Part shown: in pieces, positions 38,459 through 47,145 of the stretch | How the letters are laid out: the number at the start of each line of letters is the position of its first letter | Position numbering within the stretch: the stretch's first letter is position 1 | Virus record (IMG/VR): IMGVR_UViG_3300030451_002321 | Span: 1-58,477 of that record | Reading direction: 5' to 3' (one strand) | Origin: a virus | Taxonomy: Duplodnaviria; Caudoviricetes | Length of the DNA: 58,477 nucleotides | Program-made: the position numbers and the translations under genes | The notes under the pieces: model-generated | Databases searched by the model: none | Seen by the model: only the letters and a program-made list of their open reading frames with translations | Told to the model about the DNA's origin: nothing

Positions 38459-39837
38459 CACTCACCGCGAAGGGCACGACCTGCAAGGTTGTGGACCTCA
38501 TCCCATGACATGGAGCCGAGGTCGCCGGTGGAGGGCAACTCGACGGTGGAAGCAGACTTGGCAATCGGGGTGCCGACTGCGACACCCTCGCTACCGAGGT
38601 TGTCAATGCGCTCGCTCAAGGACTCGATGGACTTGAGAACTTCAGCGATTGGGGCGCGAGCGTCAAACTGGTTGCGCTCGGCCTCAGCCTTGGCGACCTC
38701 CATTTCGGAAGCGAAGCGGGAAGCGAACTTGGCTTCAAGGTCGCCACGGAAGGCCTGCTCAAGAGCAGCAGCCTTGTACACTTCGTACGCGGCCTCGATG
38801 TCAGCCTCGGAAGCATCGGTGACGTAGGAAGCCTTGGAGAGTTGGGAAGGACCCATGGCTCCGGCAGGCTCCTTACCACCTGCGGCGGTGAGGGCGGAGA
38901 TAGCGCCCGTGGAGGGGCTACCCTTTTCCTGTCCGCGACCGCGAACCTGACCACCGAAGTATTCGGCACCGTCAACGGCGTCGGGGTTGTCGAAGCCGCC
39001 GAGTTGAGCCTTGGCCATTTGGTCGAAGTGGGCGCGAGCGTTGTCGGTGTCAACACCGGCGCTCTTCAGCGTGTCTTCCATCCACGACAGGTACTCGGCG
39101 GTAATCACGTCTGAGTATTCGTCGCCCTTTTCCATGGCGTACATCTTCTCTTCTTTCATGTCGTCGTCCTCCTTCTTGTCGTCCTTGGACTCTTTTTCGT
39201 CGGAGTCCTTCTTCCCTTCCATGTGTTCACGGAGTTGGGGTGGCATTTCGCCCTTTTCCATCGCGTCGAGGCGGGCTTCAAGTCGGTTCATAATGCTGCT
39301 CAGGTCGTCTTCTGCACTCATGGTAGCGTCCTCCTTCAAGATACTGAATTGTGCTTCAGGGTTAATCCCCTTCTCGCAAATCGTAATCTCGTGGAGTTCC
39401 ATTTTGGAGATTTCTTGGTATTCTCCATGGTTATTGTCGGCCTTACGGACACGCTTGAATGCCTGTCCACCGATAGAAAACCCGCGCAGATTGCCCTTGC
39501 GGATTTCCGCAGCAACCTCACGGGCCTTTTCGATGTCGTTGCGCAACTTCACAACGACGAACATTCCGGTGTCGTCAACTTCAGACTTCCACATGCGACC
39601 ATTGGAGTCCACATAGGAGTCAATGACTTCACCGACTTGAATGTTGGAATGAGCGAGTTGCACGTTGCGGTACTTTTCGCTCTTCATGAATCCGCCGAAA
39701 GCATCCTTGAGGGCACCACGGGTGATGAGGTCGCCCTGCTTGTCCACCAACTCAACGGAGGCGTAGCCCGCAACCACGAGGTCGCTGCCACTCTTGAGGA
39801 GTGACAGTCCCATCTCGGGGCGCTGAACTGCGAGCAT
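38458..39837 (-). CDS. prohead serine protease fused to scaffolding domain
   Basis: VAGYAS..VDKQGD, LAH (His), GFSIGG (Ser), HEITI..GINPEA; acidic coiled-coil C-terminal half; ATG at 39837 with GGGAGG RBS. Confidence 0.9.
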   Translation of the reverse strand: MLAVQRPEMGLSLLKSGSDLVVAGYASVELVDKQGDLITRGALKDAFGGFMKSEKYRNVQLAHSNIQVGEVIDSYVDSNGRMWKSEVDDTGMFVVVKLRNDIEKAREVAAEIRKGNLRGFSIGGQAFKRVRKADNNHGEYQEISKMELHEITICEKGINPEAQFSILKEDATMSAEDDLSSIMNRLEARLDAMEKGEMPPQLREHMEGKKDSDEKESKDDKKEDDDMKEEKMYAMEKGDEYSDVITAEYLSWMEDTLKSAGVDTDNARAHFDQMAKAQLGGFDNPDAVDGAEYFGGQVRGRGQEKGSPSTGAISALTAAGGKEPAGAMGPSQLSKASYVTDASEADIEAAYEVYKAAALEQAFRGDLEAKFASRFASEMEVAKAEAERNQFDARAPIAEVLKSIESLSERIDNLGSEGVAVGTPIAKSASTVELPSTGDLGSMSWDEVHNLAGRALRGE

Positions 39838-39874
39838 TGCCTCCCAATTCACAGTCATGGTATATCAACCCCCA

Positions 39875-42800
39875 TCATGAGGGAGAAATTACTGGTTGGT
39901 CGTTTTCGTAGTTCAAAACGATAGGCTGCTCGCCATCTATAGGCATAACAACATGGTCCGTGCGCTTCTTTTCCTTGACCGGGCGACCCTCACCTTTAGG
40001 GTCATAATCCGGCAAATTGCGCTCTTCAGTAACCTTGGTTGGACCTTGAGGTGATTCAACAGGGGTGGCCACGTCAATACCCAGTCCCTTTGGACCAGTC
40101 CACGTCATGCGCTCCTTGGCCAAGCGGTCAATGGTGCGAGTAATCAGGTCAAGCGCCTTCTTCTTGCTTTCAGGCTTGAGGATGCGCTCGTCTTCTTCAT
40201 CCAACAGACCTGCTGATTCCTTCTGCTGCTCTTTGATGTTGGGAGGCTTGTCCTCCGCTTTGACAAGCACCTCCTCCAATAGAAGGGGGACAAAGGGGGT
40301 CCAGTACGCACTGATGGATTCAGCAATCTGCACAGGGTAGTCCGACTTGTGCATGTCACCAAGTTCTGACTTGGGTTCATACAAGTGCCATGCGTCATTG
40401 AATGCCTCAACCTTGTAGGTCACTGTACCGATGCCGTCGAACTTCAGCATTACGTTGGAGTCGGTTACGTCAATGTCAAACGGCACAAAGGTTGGCGGAT
40501 AGGATTTGGTAAGCAGGTCCAACGACTCGGCACTTGCTGCTCCTTCTCCTTCACCTTCTCCCTCAATCTCCCGCACATGAACGGTGTACACGTTGCGCCC
40601 ACCACGGTTCTTCTTCGTAACCCCTGAGATGGAAACACGAACGATGTCCCCCACCTTGAATGGCTTCTGTTGGTTACGAGCCGTACCCACGTCCATGTAG
40701 TCGTTCCCATCATGTTCAACCGCACGGTTACCGAGGACTGAGCCATCAAGAATGGGGCCTGCACCCAGTTGGTAGGTGTATGGGCCAGTGCCTCGACGGT
40801 CGAGGATGATGAAATTGAAGTCACGACTGGGACGCAGAACAATCCACTTTGGATGCCGTGCTTCACCACGCATGTAGGTGGACTTCGTGTCGCGCAACAG
40901 AATGGTTTCGTGTTCATCCTGAAGTCGCTTAACTGATTCAGCAAGACCTTCCTCGTCCGTCATCTTAGTGTCGTGTGGTCCGGGGACAATGACGCAATCG
41001 TGACTGTCAAACTGACTGCGCAGAACTTTGATGCGCTCAAACATCTGCATGTCAGAAATGTCATTGTTGTCGTAGTTCACGATGTCAATGACGTTCATCT
41101 CTTCATCGCCCAAGATGGCGTCAATAGCGTAGTCACGCTCATTCAACTTCTCCAAGGCTTCTCGGAACTTCTTCTTCACACCAACTTTGCGGTTGTTTTC
41201 ATCGAGTACGGTGATGGACTTACCGTTCTTCACCACCATGACACGCTTCCCATCGTACCACTTTGAAACCGCCCACGACCCGCTAAAGCCGCGAAGGTGC
41301 TCAAGGTCACTCAGTTCAAAGATGCGATGCATGGGGCGAATTGGGAGGACCCATTCGGCATCGTCTTCCTTGGTGAACAATACTTCAGGGTCAAGCAACC
41401 CGTTGATGAGGGCCGATGCCTCAGACAGTGCAAGCGTTTCGTAGTTGTCGCTAACAGGTGCCATGCCCTGTTCGTCAAGTCGGGTCCATGGTGCAGTCGT
41501 GTCGAGTGGTGGGTTCAGGTTTGGCTGAACTTGACTGTACCAGTCGTTACCAAACACCTGCTTGATGTGGTCTTGAGGTACAGGAGTAGCAAGCAGTGGT
41601 GACGGGTTTGGTCCTGCGAAGATACGTCCATCCGACTCAAAGTCAAAACCAATTGTTGGCTCATGCACTTCGTTTTGGAAATGTACGTTGTGACCCGTGT
41701 TGTATGTAGCATAGATGGCATGATGGTTTGGTCCTGCTCCCACAGGCATACCGTCGTGCCAACCGCGAATGGTCTGAATGTCGTCTGTGCCTCCACTGGT
41801 CGGAACGGCCATCGGGTCGTGTAGGATGAAAGCGTCAGCGTTGTTACGTGCGTTTGCGTTCATCCATCCATACGTGTTCTTGGAGCCATGGTTTGCCCTA
41901 CCGTGTGCATCGGAATGAATCATGCGCAGGCCAAACTCGTCAAGGGTTTCACCGAACATAGAGGGGTCCATCGCTCGCGCAAGCGTTGCAGGTAGGCGAT
42001 GAATGGGATGACCTTTCCATGTGCTTCTGTTATTTGCACCTTGGTACTTCTGTTGCTGAAGCATTGGGATGGCTTGAGAGTACCCATGTGTGTGAATAGC
42101 ATGGTTCAGTTCATCGTGCCCTTCCAAGTCAGCAATGTCCTGACCCATGAACTCTTCACCCCGATGGTGCATGTGAGTAGCGTCATGCATGTTCTTGCCG
42201 AGTTTCACACTGTCAAGGCCACCACTGGTGAGGATTTGTCCAATGGTTGACACATTCATTGGGTAACCGGCTTTGTTGACTGCATCAATGACTTGCTGAG
42301 CGTGTTCTTTCAAACCCGGTGAGATGTCCATACCAAGGATTTCCAACAACGCTTCGGGGGATTCAGTGCCCTGAACCTCGTAGCCGTTCTGCCCAACGTG
42401 GCTTGCGATGTCTTCGTAAGTTACGTTTTCAGCAGCGGCACGACTGACAACATCGGTCTTCAGACCGTATGCCTTGCGTGTCAAACCGTGAACTGAATGA
42501 GGGAACGAGGAAATGTACCGCTCAGCGTCGTGGAAGATTTGCAGCATGTTGGCCCACGCCTTCTCCGGCTCGTTGGGGTCAAACGCAGTCGGGTCTTCGG
42601 ATTCCGCGATGCTGCGCATGTAGTTGGCAACACCTGCAACCAAGTTTCGTGACTGCCGCATTTCCTCCATGTGGTGGTCTTCGTTGGTCTTCCACCAGTC
42701 ACTCTTGACTTCACCAAGTGCGCCTTTCTGCGCTTCCATCTGCAACTCGTTCAACCGTTGCTTGACTTCGTTGAGGCGAGGGCGCACCTCCTCAGAAGTG

Positions 42801-45643
42801 GCCTTTCCTTGCTCAAAGTCTTCCATGAGGCGCGTCATTTCCTCACTGAGCGATTGTTCTTCTTCCATAGCAGGAAGGGCTGCACCGATGGCAAGCATCT
42901 GAGCAATGCCGCGCCGAGGCGCGTCAATCATCAAACCTGAACCACTCTTGCCCTTCTTTCCTGATTCCATCATTTCCCGACGGGCGTGCTCGGAAAACAC
43001 AGGAATGTGGGCCTTCGCTTCGTCAAAGCGTCGCTCAACCTCATCGAGTGGGTACTCCTTACCTTCCTTTTGGTTGATGTGCTCCAAGAATTGTTCAGCG
43101 TGTTCAAGGTCACCACTGTTGAGGAAAGACTGGATTTCAGCAGGATTCGTTGAGTTGAGAATCTGCGCGATGTTGGAAATGGTCGTTACCGCAGGTCGCT
43201 CATTCTTTGAGTCAAGCATCTTGTACTTCGTGCGGTCAAGGGTTGGTAGTTTTGCCCCGCCCCATCCCATGAGTGAAACGAACTCATCCAACGATTCACC
43301 TGCCGGGAATGCAGATTGCCCGCTGATGACATCGTGATACGAAGACACGCTTTTGTTCGGTGGGTCGCGCGTGTGGTTCAGCAACCCGAGGTACACCGCT
43401 TGACGGAGGCCGTCTGTGACACGATGGTGCCCACTACCCATAGCAGCGTAATTCATTCCTGCTCCACGATGCATGAACTGGTTATGCGACAACTCGCTTG
43501 ACATGCGCTGCCGCTTTGTGCCTACGGATTCAAACGTCTTGTCAGGGTTCAGCCCCTTCATTGCTGCGCGGCGCATTTCGTATTCATACAACGGTGAAAG
43601 TGAATGCTTGAACAGGGTGTGATTGTTCTTGTGTGTAGCACCCTCAGCGTTTGGTCTTTTGACCGTGGACACACCTGCGGGTGACAAGATGTTACGCAGC
43701 GGCAACATCTTTGGAAGGTACGTGAACTTGCCCGCAGTAGTGTCATAGATGCCTTCCGTTTGAGTCATTGGTGGCATGAAGTGGTGAGCAAGGAAGCCAT
43801 TACCCATACGCTCAGTTGAATCCTGACCACCAAGTGCTTCACCACGGAACATGAAAGAGTTGCCATCATCGTCAGAAATGACGGAGTGAATGATGTCGTT
43901 GTACGTGCCAAGACTCATGTTTTGCCCACCGACACCACGGAAGGGTTGGTCCCAAAACGCACCGGGACCGTAGGTGAACCCATCACCTTCTGCCCACATT
44001 GGCGGTCGCTCTTCTTCAGGATGAGGACCGTGGGCGGCACGAAGGAACGACAGGTCGTTGCGAATCTGCTTCTGCATGCGCTCAAGGGATTCCAACTGAC
44101 TGCCGTTTTCAATCAACTTCTCGACCGTGGCCGCGTTGATTTGAGGCTCATTCGGATTTTGCACACCGTACATTGGGTGATTGGCCATCACCGTCCGTGT
44201 TCGCGGGTCATACCCTGCAAGGAAATACAATTCATCTGAAGTAAAACGAATACGGGTAGGGTCATGCTGCTTACCCTTCCTGAAATGAGCCTTGGATGCC
44301 TCTTTGATGTCATCCAACGAAAGGTCGGAGTCAAGCACTTCGTCCAAGTTCTTGAACTTGGGAAGGAAGTCCAGTTTGCTCTCTTTTCCATGTGCGTCCT
44401 GAATCATCTCAAGAACACGTTCATGGAATGACTTCTTGACAACGTTTCCGTCTTCATCAAACGTATCGAAGTCGTCCATGTAGTTCCACACAGATTGCCC
44501 AAGCCCGTGTTGCAAAAATCGTCCTTCGTCACCCTGCTTGTAGTCCCTGTCGTTGTCTTCCAGTTGCAAGTGAGCGTTTCGTCCCTTGCTACGAAAACCA
44601 CGGGTAGCCCAATCCATCTCCGGGGTCATACGGCTAAGCATGTTCCACCCAAGACGTGACGTGGAAAACAACGTGCCGTCAGGCAGTTTGATGTGATGGT
44701 GGTTTTTGCTGCCCTGAATGCCGTTGTTGAGAGCATCCCTAACGGTAGCGCGTTCACGGGGTGAAAGCCACTCAAGCCCCATGTGGTAGCCTTTGTGACC
44801 CAGTGCAGTTGGTTGACCGTCAATTTCATCTTGCTCAACCCAAGAGCGTGCTCGGTCATCGAAGTGTTCGTTGCGCAGTGCTTCTTCTGTACTGGTGTAA
44901 CCAAGTTCGCCCAACAGTTCTTGGTTTGCGTTCCAGTAGTCTTCCCGCTCAGGGTTACCACTTTTCCACCGCTTAAAATCGCGGTCGTACAAATCCACGG
45001 CGTGGTGGGTGTCAGGTGAACCGCGTCGCGGGTCACCAAGGATTTTCAGACGGCGGCTTGGCTCCTTCTTGTCGGGAATGAAGTCATGTAACACGGGACT
45101 CTTGGTGTCTTCCAAGTGTCGAATGAACTCCTGTTCCATCTCCTTTTCCTTCTGCGCGTGACCACCAAGATAGAAGTCACGCAGCAGGCCAACAAAGGCA
45201 GGCATACCCGTACGCGCAGACTTGCGCAGCAGTGGATGGTTGATTTCACTGAAGGGAAAGTTTTGCTCACGGTAAGGTGAGTTGAATGACGGAGGAGCGT
45301 ACGTTGGCCAAGCGGCGTGACCAAACTCACCCGCTGACATCAAACCGTCAATCCAAGCGTGGTTGCTCAGCGGGGTGGATTCGTCAAAGGCAAGAAGAGG
45401 CAACTTACCGGGCATGATGTGTTGGTCCCAACTTGATTCAAGACTGACTTTTTCCTCTTCCTCCAACTTGAGAATCTGCTCGGAGGCTTCCTTGAGCAAA
45501 CCGTACATCGAGTCTTGCGTGGGTGAATACTCAAGCGATTCCCACGCAATGACGTACTCCGCAGCGGAGTCACGCAGTTCTAAACCGTCGTTCAACGACT
45601 TCAGCAGGTTGACCGTTGCAATGTCAAACTGCTTGTAGGACAG
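39875..45643 (-). CDS. large head-module protein with degenerate C-terminal ATP-dependent DNA ligase (nucleotidyltransferase + OB) domain
   Basis: AVSKWYDGKR, IDAIL, VIDIV, ETILLRD, YMRGEARHPKW and an OB-like tail; ORF track starts at TTG 45595 but the frame is open to CTG 45643 behind a GAGGGGGTG RBS. Confidence 0.75.
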   Translation of the reverse strand: MSYKQFDIATVNLLKSLNDGLELRDSAAEYVIAWESLEYSPTQDSMYGLLKEASEQILKLEEEEKVSLESSWDQHIMPGKLPLLAFDESTPLSNHAWIDGLMSAGEFGHAAWPTYAPPSFNSPYREQNFPFSEINHPLLRKSARTGMPAFVGLLRDFYLGGHAQKEKEMEQEFIRHLEDTKSPVLHDFIPDKKEPSRRLKILGDPRRGSPDTHHAVDLYDRDFKRWKSGNPEREDYWNANQELLGELGYTSTEEALRNEHFDDRARSWVEQDEIDGQPTALGHKGYHMGLEWLSPRERATVRDALNNGIQGSKNHHHIKLPDGTLFSTSRLGWNMLSRMTPEMDWATRGFRSKGRNAHLQLEDNDRDYKQGDEGRFLQHGLGQSVWNYMDDFDTFDEDGNVVKKSFHERVLEMIQDAHGKESKLDFLPKFKNLDEVLDSDLSLDDIKEASKAHFRKGKQHDPTRIRFTSDELYFLAGYDPRTRTVMANHPMYGVQNPNEPQINAATVEKLIENGSQLESLERMQKQIRNDLSFLRAAHGPHPEEERPPMWAEGDGFTYGPGAFWDQPFRGVGGQNMSLGTYNDIIHSVISDDDGNSFMFRGEALGGQDSTERMGNGFLAHHFMPPMTQTEGIYDTTAGKFTYLPKMLPLRNILSPAGVSTVKRPNAEGATHKNNHTLFKHSLSPLYEYEMRRAAMKGLNPDKTFESVGTKRQRMSSELSHNQFMHRGAGMNYAAMGSGHHRVTDGLRQAVYLGLLNHTRDPPNKSVSSYHDVISGQSAFPAGESLDEFVSLMGWGGAKLPTLDRTKYKMLDSKNERPAVTTISNIAQILNSTNPAEIQSFLNSGDLEHAEQFLEHINQKEGKEYPLDEVERRFDEAKAHIPVFSEHARREMMESGKKGKSGSGLMIDAPRRGIAQMLAIGAALPAMEEEQSLSEEMTRLMEDFEQGKATSEEVRPRLNEVKQRLNELQMEAQKGALGEVKSDWWKTNEDHHMEEMRQSRNLVAGVANYMRSIAESEDPTAFDPNEPEKAWANMLQIFHDAERYISSFPHSVHGLTRKAYGLKTDVVSRAAAENVTYEDIASHVGQNGYEVQGTESPEALLEILGMDISPGLKEHAQQVIDAVNKAGYPMNVSTIGQILTSGGLDSVKLGKNMHDATHMHHRGEEFMGQDIADLEGHDELNHAIHTHGYSQAIPMLQQQKYQGANNRSTWKGHPIHRLPATLARAMDPSMFGETLDEFGLRMIHSDAHGRANHGSKNTYGWMNANARNNADAFILHDPMAVPTSGGTDDIQTIRGWHDGMPVGAGPNHHAIYATYNTGHNVHFQNEVHEPTIGFDFESDGRIFAGPNPSPLLATPVPQDHIKQVFGNDWYSQVQPNLNPPLDTTAPWTRLDEQGMAPVSDNYETLALSEASALINGLLDPEVLFTKEDDAEWVLPIRPMHRIFELSDLEHLRGFSGSWAVSKWYDGKRVMVVKNGKSITVLDENNRKVGVKKKFREALEKLNERDYAIDAILGDEEMNVIDIVNYDNNDISDMQMFERIKVLRSQFDSHDCVIVPGPHDTKMTDEEGLAESVKRLQDEHETILLRDTKSTYMRGEARHPKWIVLRPSRDFNFIILDRRGTGPYTYQLGAGPILDGSVLGNRAVEHDGNDYMDVGTARNQQKPFKVGDIVRVSISGVTKKNRGGRNVYTVHVREIEGEGEGEGAASAESLDLLTKSYPPTFVPFDIDVTDSNVMLKFDGIGTVTYKVEAFNDAWHLYEPKSELGDMHKSDYPVQIAESISAYWTPFVPLLLEEVLVKAEDKPPNIKEQQKESAGLLDEEDERILKPESKKKALDLITRTIDRLAKERMTWTGPKGLGIDVATPVESPQGPTKVTEERNLPDYDPKGEGRPVKEKKRTDHVVMPIDGEQPIVLNYENDQPVISPS

Positions 45644-45655
45644 GGGTACACCCCC

Positions 45656-46408
45656 TCACATCAATTGCTCGAACTGAGGGCAGGCGAAAATATCCATTCC
45701 GGGGTGCAGACCGCATCCTGTACTGGGGGTACCCCCACAGGCTTTGCAAATAACAGGCATGCCTGCTGCCGCAGCAGCACGTGCATCACGGCTCTTCTTG
45801 AGAGGAGCAGACTCACCTTCAGCATCTTCGCGGTCAACACCGGTTCCCTCATGAGGATTCATGCGGCCTGAAAGTCCTTCCATGTCCACTTTCTTGTCGG
45901 CCTTCTTGCGCTTAGGCTTGGCGTCCTCGGTTTCAATGGGACGGTCACGGGTGGAGTAGTAAGCGGTACGGGTCTGTCCACCCGTTTCAGTCATGAAGTG
46001 GGGGTTGACGTTGGTAATCTTCTCAGCCATCTGCTCGCCTTCAGCCTTGGCCATGGTACCGCAGCCTGCCTTGAGGCAACCGCCCTTTTCCATCTTAGCG
46101 CCACACTCAGGACAATCCTTGGCTTTCTCGACTTTACCGTGGGCCTTGTCACATTCTGCTTTTTGCTTTTCAGTACATTCAGAATACTTCTTGCCGAAAC
46201 GCTTCATGCAGTACTTGTCTTTGTCGGCCATGCTCGCCTTCTGCATCTTGGTCGGGCCACCGCAACCCATCTTCATGCAGTTACCCATCTTGTCCAACTT
46301 TCCGTCGTCACACTTAGGACAATCACGGGCCTTCTCAAGCGTGTCAAGTCGAACGGCCATTTCGCGGGCCTTGGTCAGTGCTTCAGATTCAACGGGTCGT
46401 GGCTTCAT
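45656..46408 (-). CDS. Cys/Lys-rich repeat protein (putative head polyprotein)
   Basis: Two EKA.DCP.C...K..K.G.C.K.GC repeats plus two other Cys clusters, separated by KA/KS sites. Confidence 0.75.
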   Translation of the reverse strand: MKPRPVESEALTKAREMAVRLDTLEKARDCPKCDDGKLDKMGNCMKMGCGGPTKMQKASMADKDKYCMKRFGKKYSECTEKQKAECDKAHGKVEKAKDCPECGAKMEKGGCLKAGCGTMAKAEGEQMAEKITNVNPHFMTETGGQTRTAYYSTRDRPIETEDAKPKRKKADKKVDMEGLSGRMNPHEGTGVDREDAEGESAPLKKSRDARAAAAAGMPVICKACGGTPSTGCGLHPGMDIFACPQFEQLM

Positions 46409-46743
46409 TCAGGTGCCCCCTTTGCTTGTTGTGCCATTTCGTGAATGTCTTCCCACGACATGTTGTGAAACTCTTCGTTTGATTGAGGAATAGAAGTAGC
46501 AGGGCCTCCCTTGAGGATGGAGTTGTTTTCCATGTCCATACGAAGGGGGTCGGGCATGAGGTCGTCCGCATACGGAGTGGTCACAGGGACGAAGCCCGCC
46601 TTGCGGAACAGTCCTTTGGGGGAGGAAATAAGGCTACGAAGGCGCTCATTTTCTGCTTTGAGCAAGGCAAGGTCAGAATCCATGCCTTCCATCTTGGTGA
46701 TGAGGACACTCATCAGGCGTTCAACCGATGATTCCTCAGTCAT
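46405..46743 (-). CDS. small coiled-coil scaffold-like protein
   Basis: N-terminal coiled coil; C-terminal MSWEDIHEMA mirrors MSWDEVHNLA at the end of the protease-scaffold. Confidence 0.7.
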   Translation of the reverse strand: MTEESSVERLMSVLITKMEGMDSDLALLKAENERLRSLISSPKGLFRKAGFVPVTTPYADDLMPDPLRMDMENNSILKGGPATSIPQSNEEFHNMSWEDIHEMAQQAKGAPE

Positions 46744-46748
46744 TCAAA

Positions 46749-47102
46749 TCAGCCCCATCGTCCAAGGGTTCCTTGGGCGCGAGTCATGCGCCCCTTGTAG
46801 CCGTTGGAAATGACACCGGGAATGCGTGGTCCTTCCATAGGAACCGTTTCCACCTCTTGCACAAACTTGCGCACAGGAACACCACCGGCGAAGATGTCGT
46901 TGGGACCGCGAGCGTTGGGAAGAGCGTCTTGCGCCTTCGCAATCTCAAGGTTGAGGTCTTCAAGCAAGTAGTCGCTCAACTTGCTGACTTCAGACAGGTG
47001 CTCCTTTGCAAGACTTCCATCGCCACTTTCAAGGGCAGTCTGAAAAGCGTTTTGCGCTTGTTGCATTTTACGGGCCATGGGGTGCATCTTGAGCAGGTCC
47101 AA
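46749..47102 (-). CDS. hypothetical head-module protein (~117 aa)
   Basis: Probable TTG start at 47102 after GAGGGA; helical; contains LLK and IAKA sites. Confidence 0.65.
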   Translation of the reverse strand: MDLLKMHPMARKMQQAQNAFQTALESGDGSLAKEHLSEVSKLSDYLLEDLNLEIAKAQDALPNARGPNDIFAGGVPVRKFVQEVETVPMEGPRIPGVISNGYKGRMTRAQGTLGRWG

Positions 47103-47145
47103 ATCAATCCCTCGTTTCTCGCAGGTGGGTGGTGGATAAAAAGAT

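Noticed and set aside
39875-41330. Annotation as a functional DNA ligase (lig)
   Set aside because: Key catalytic residues in motifs I, III, IV and V appear substituted, so no gene symbol was assigned.
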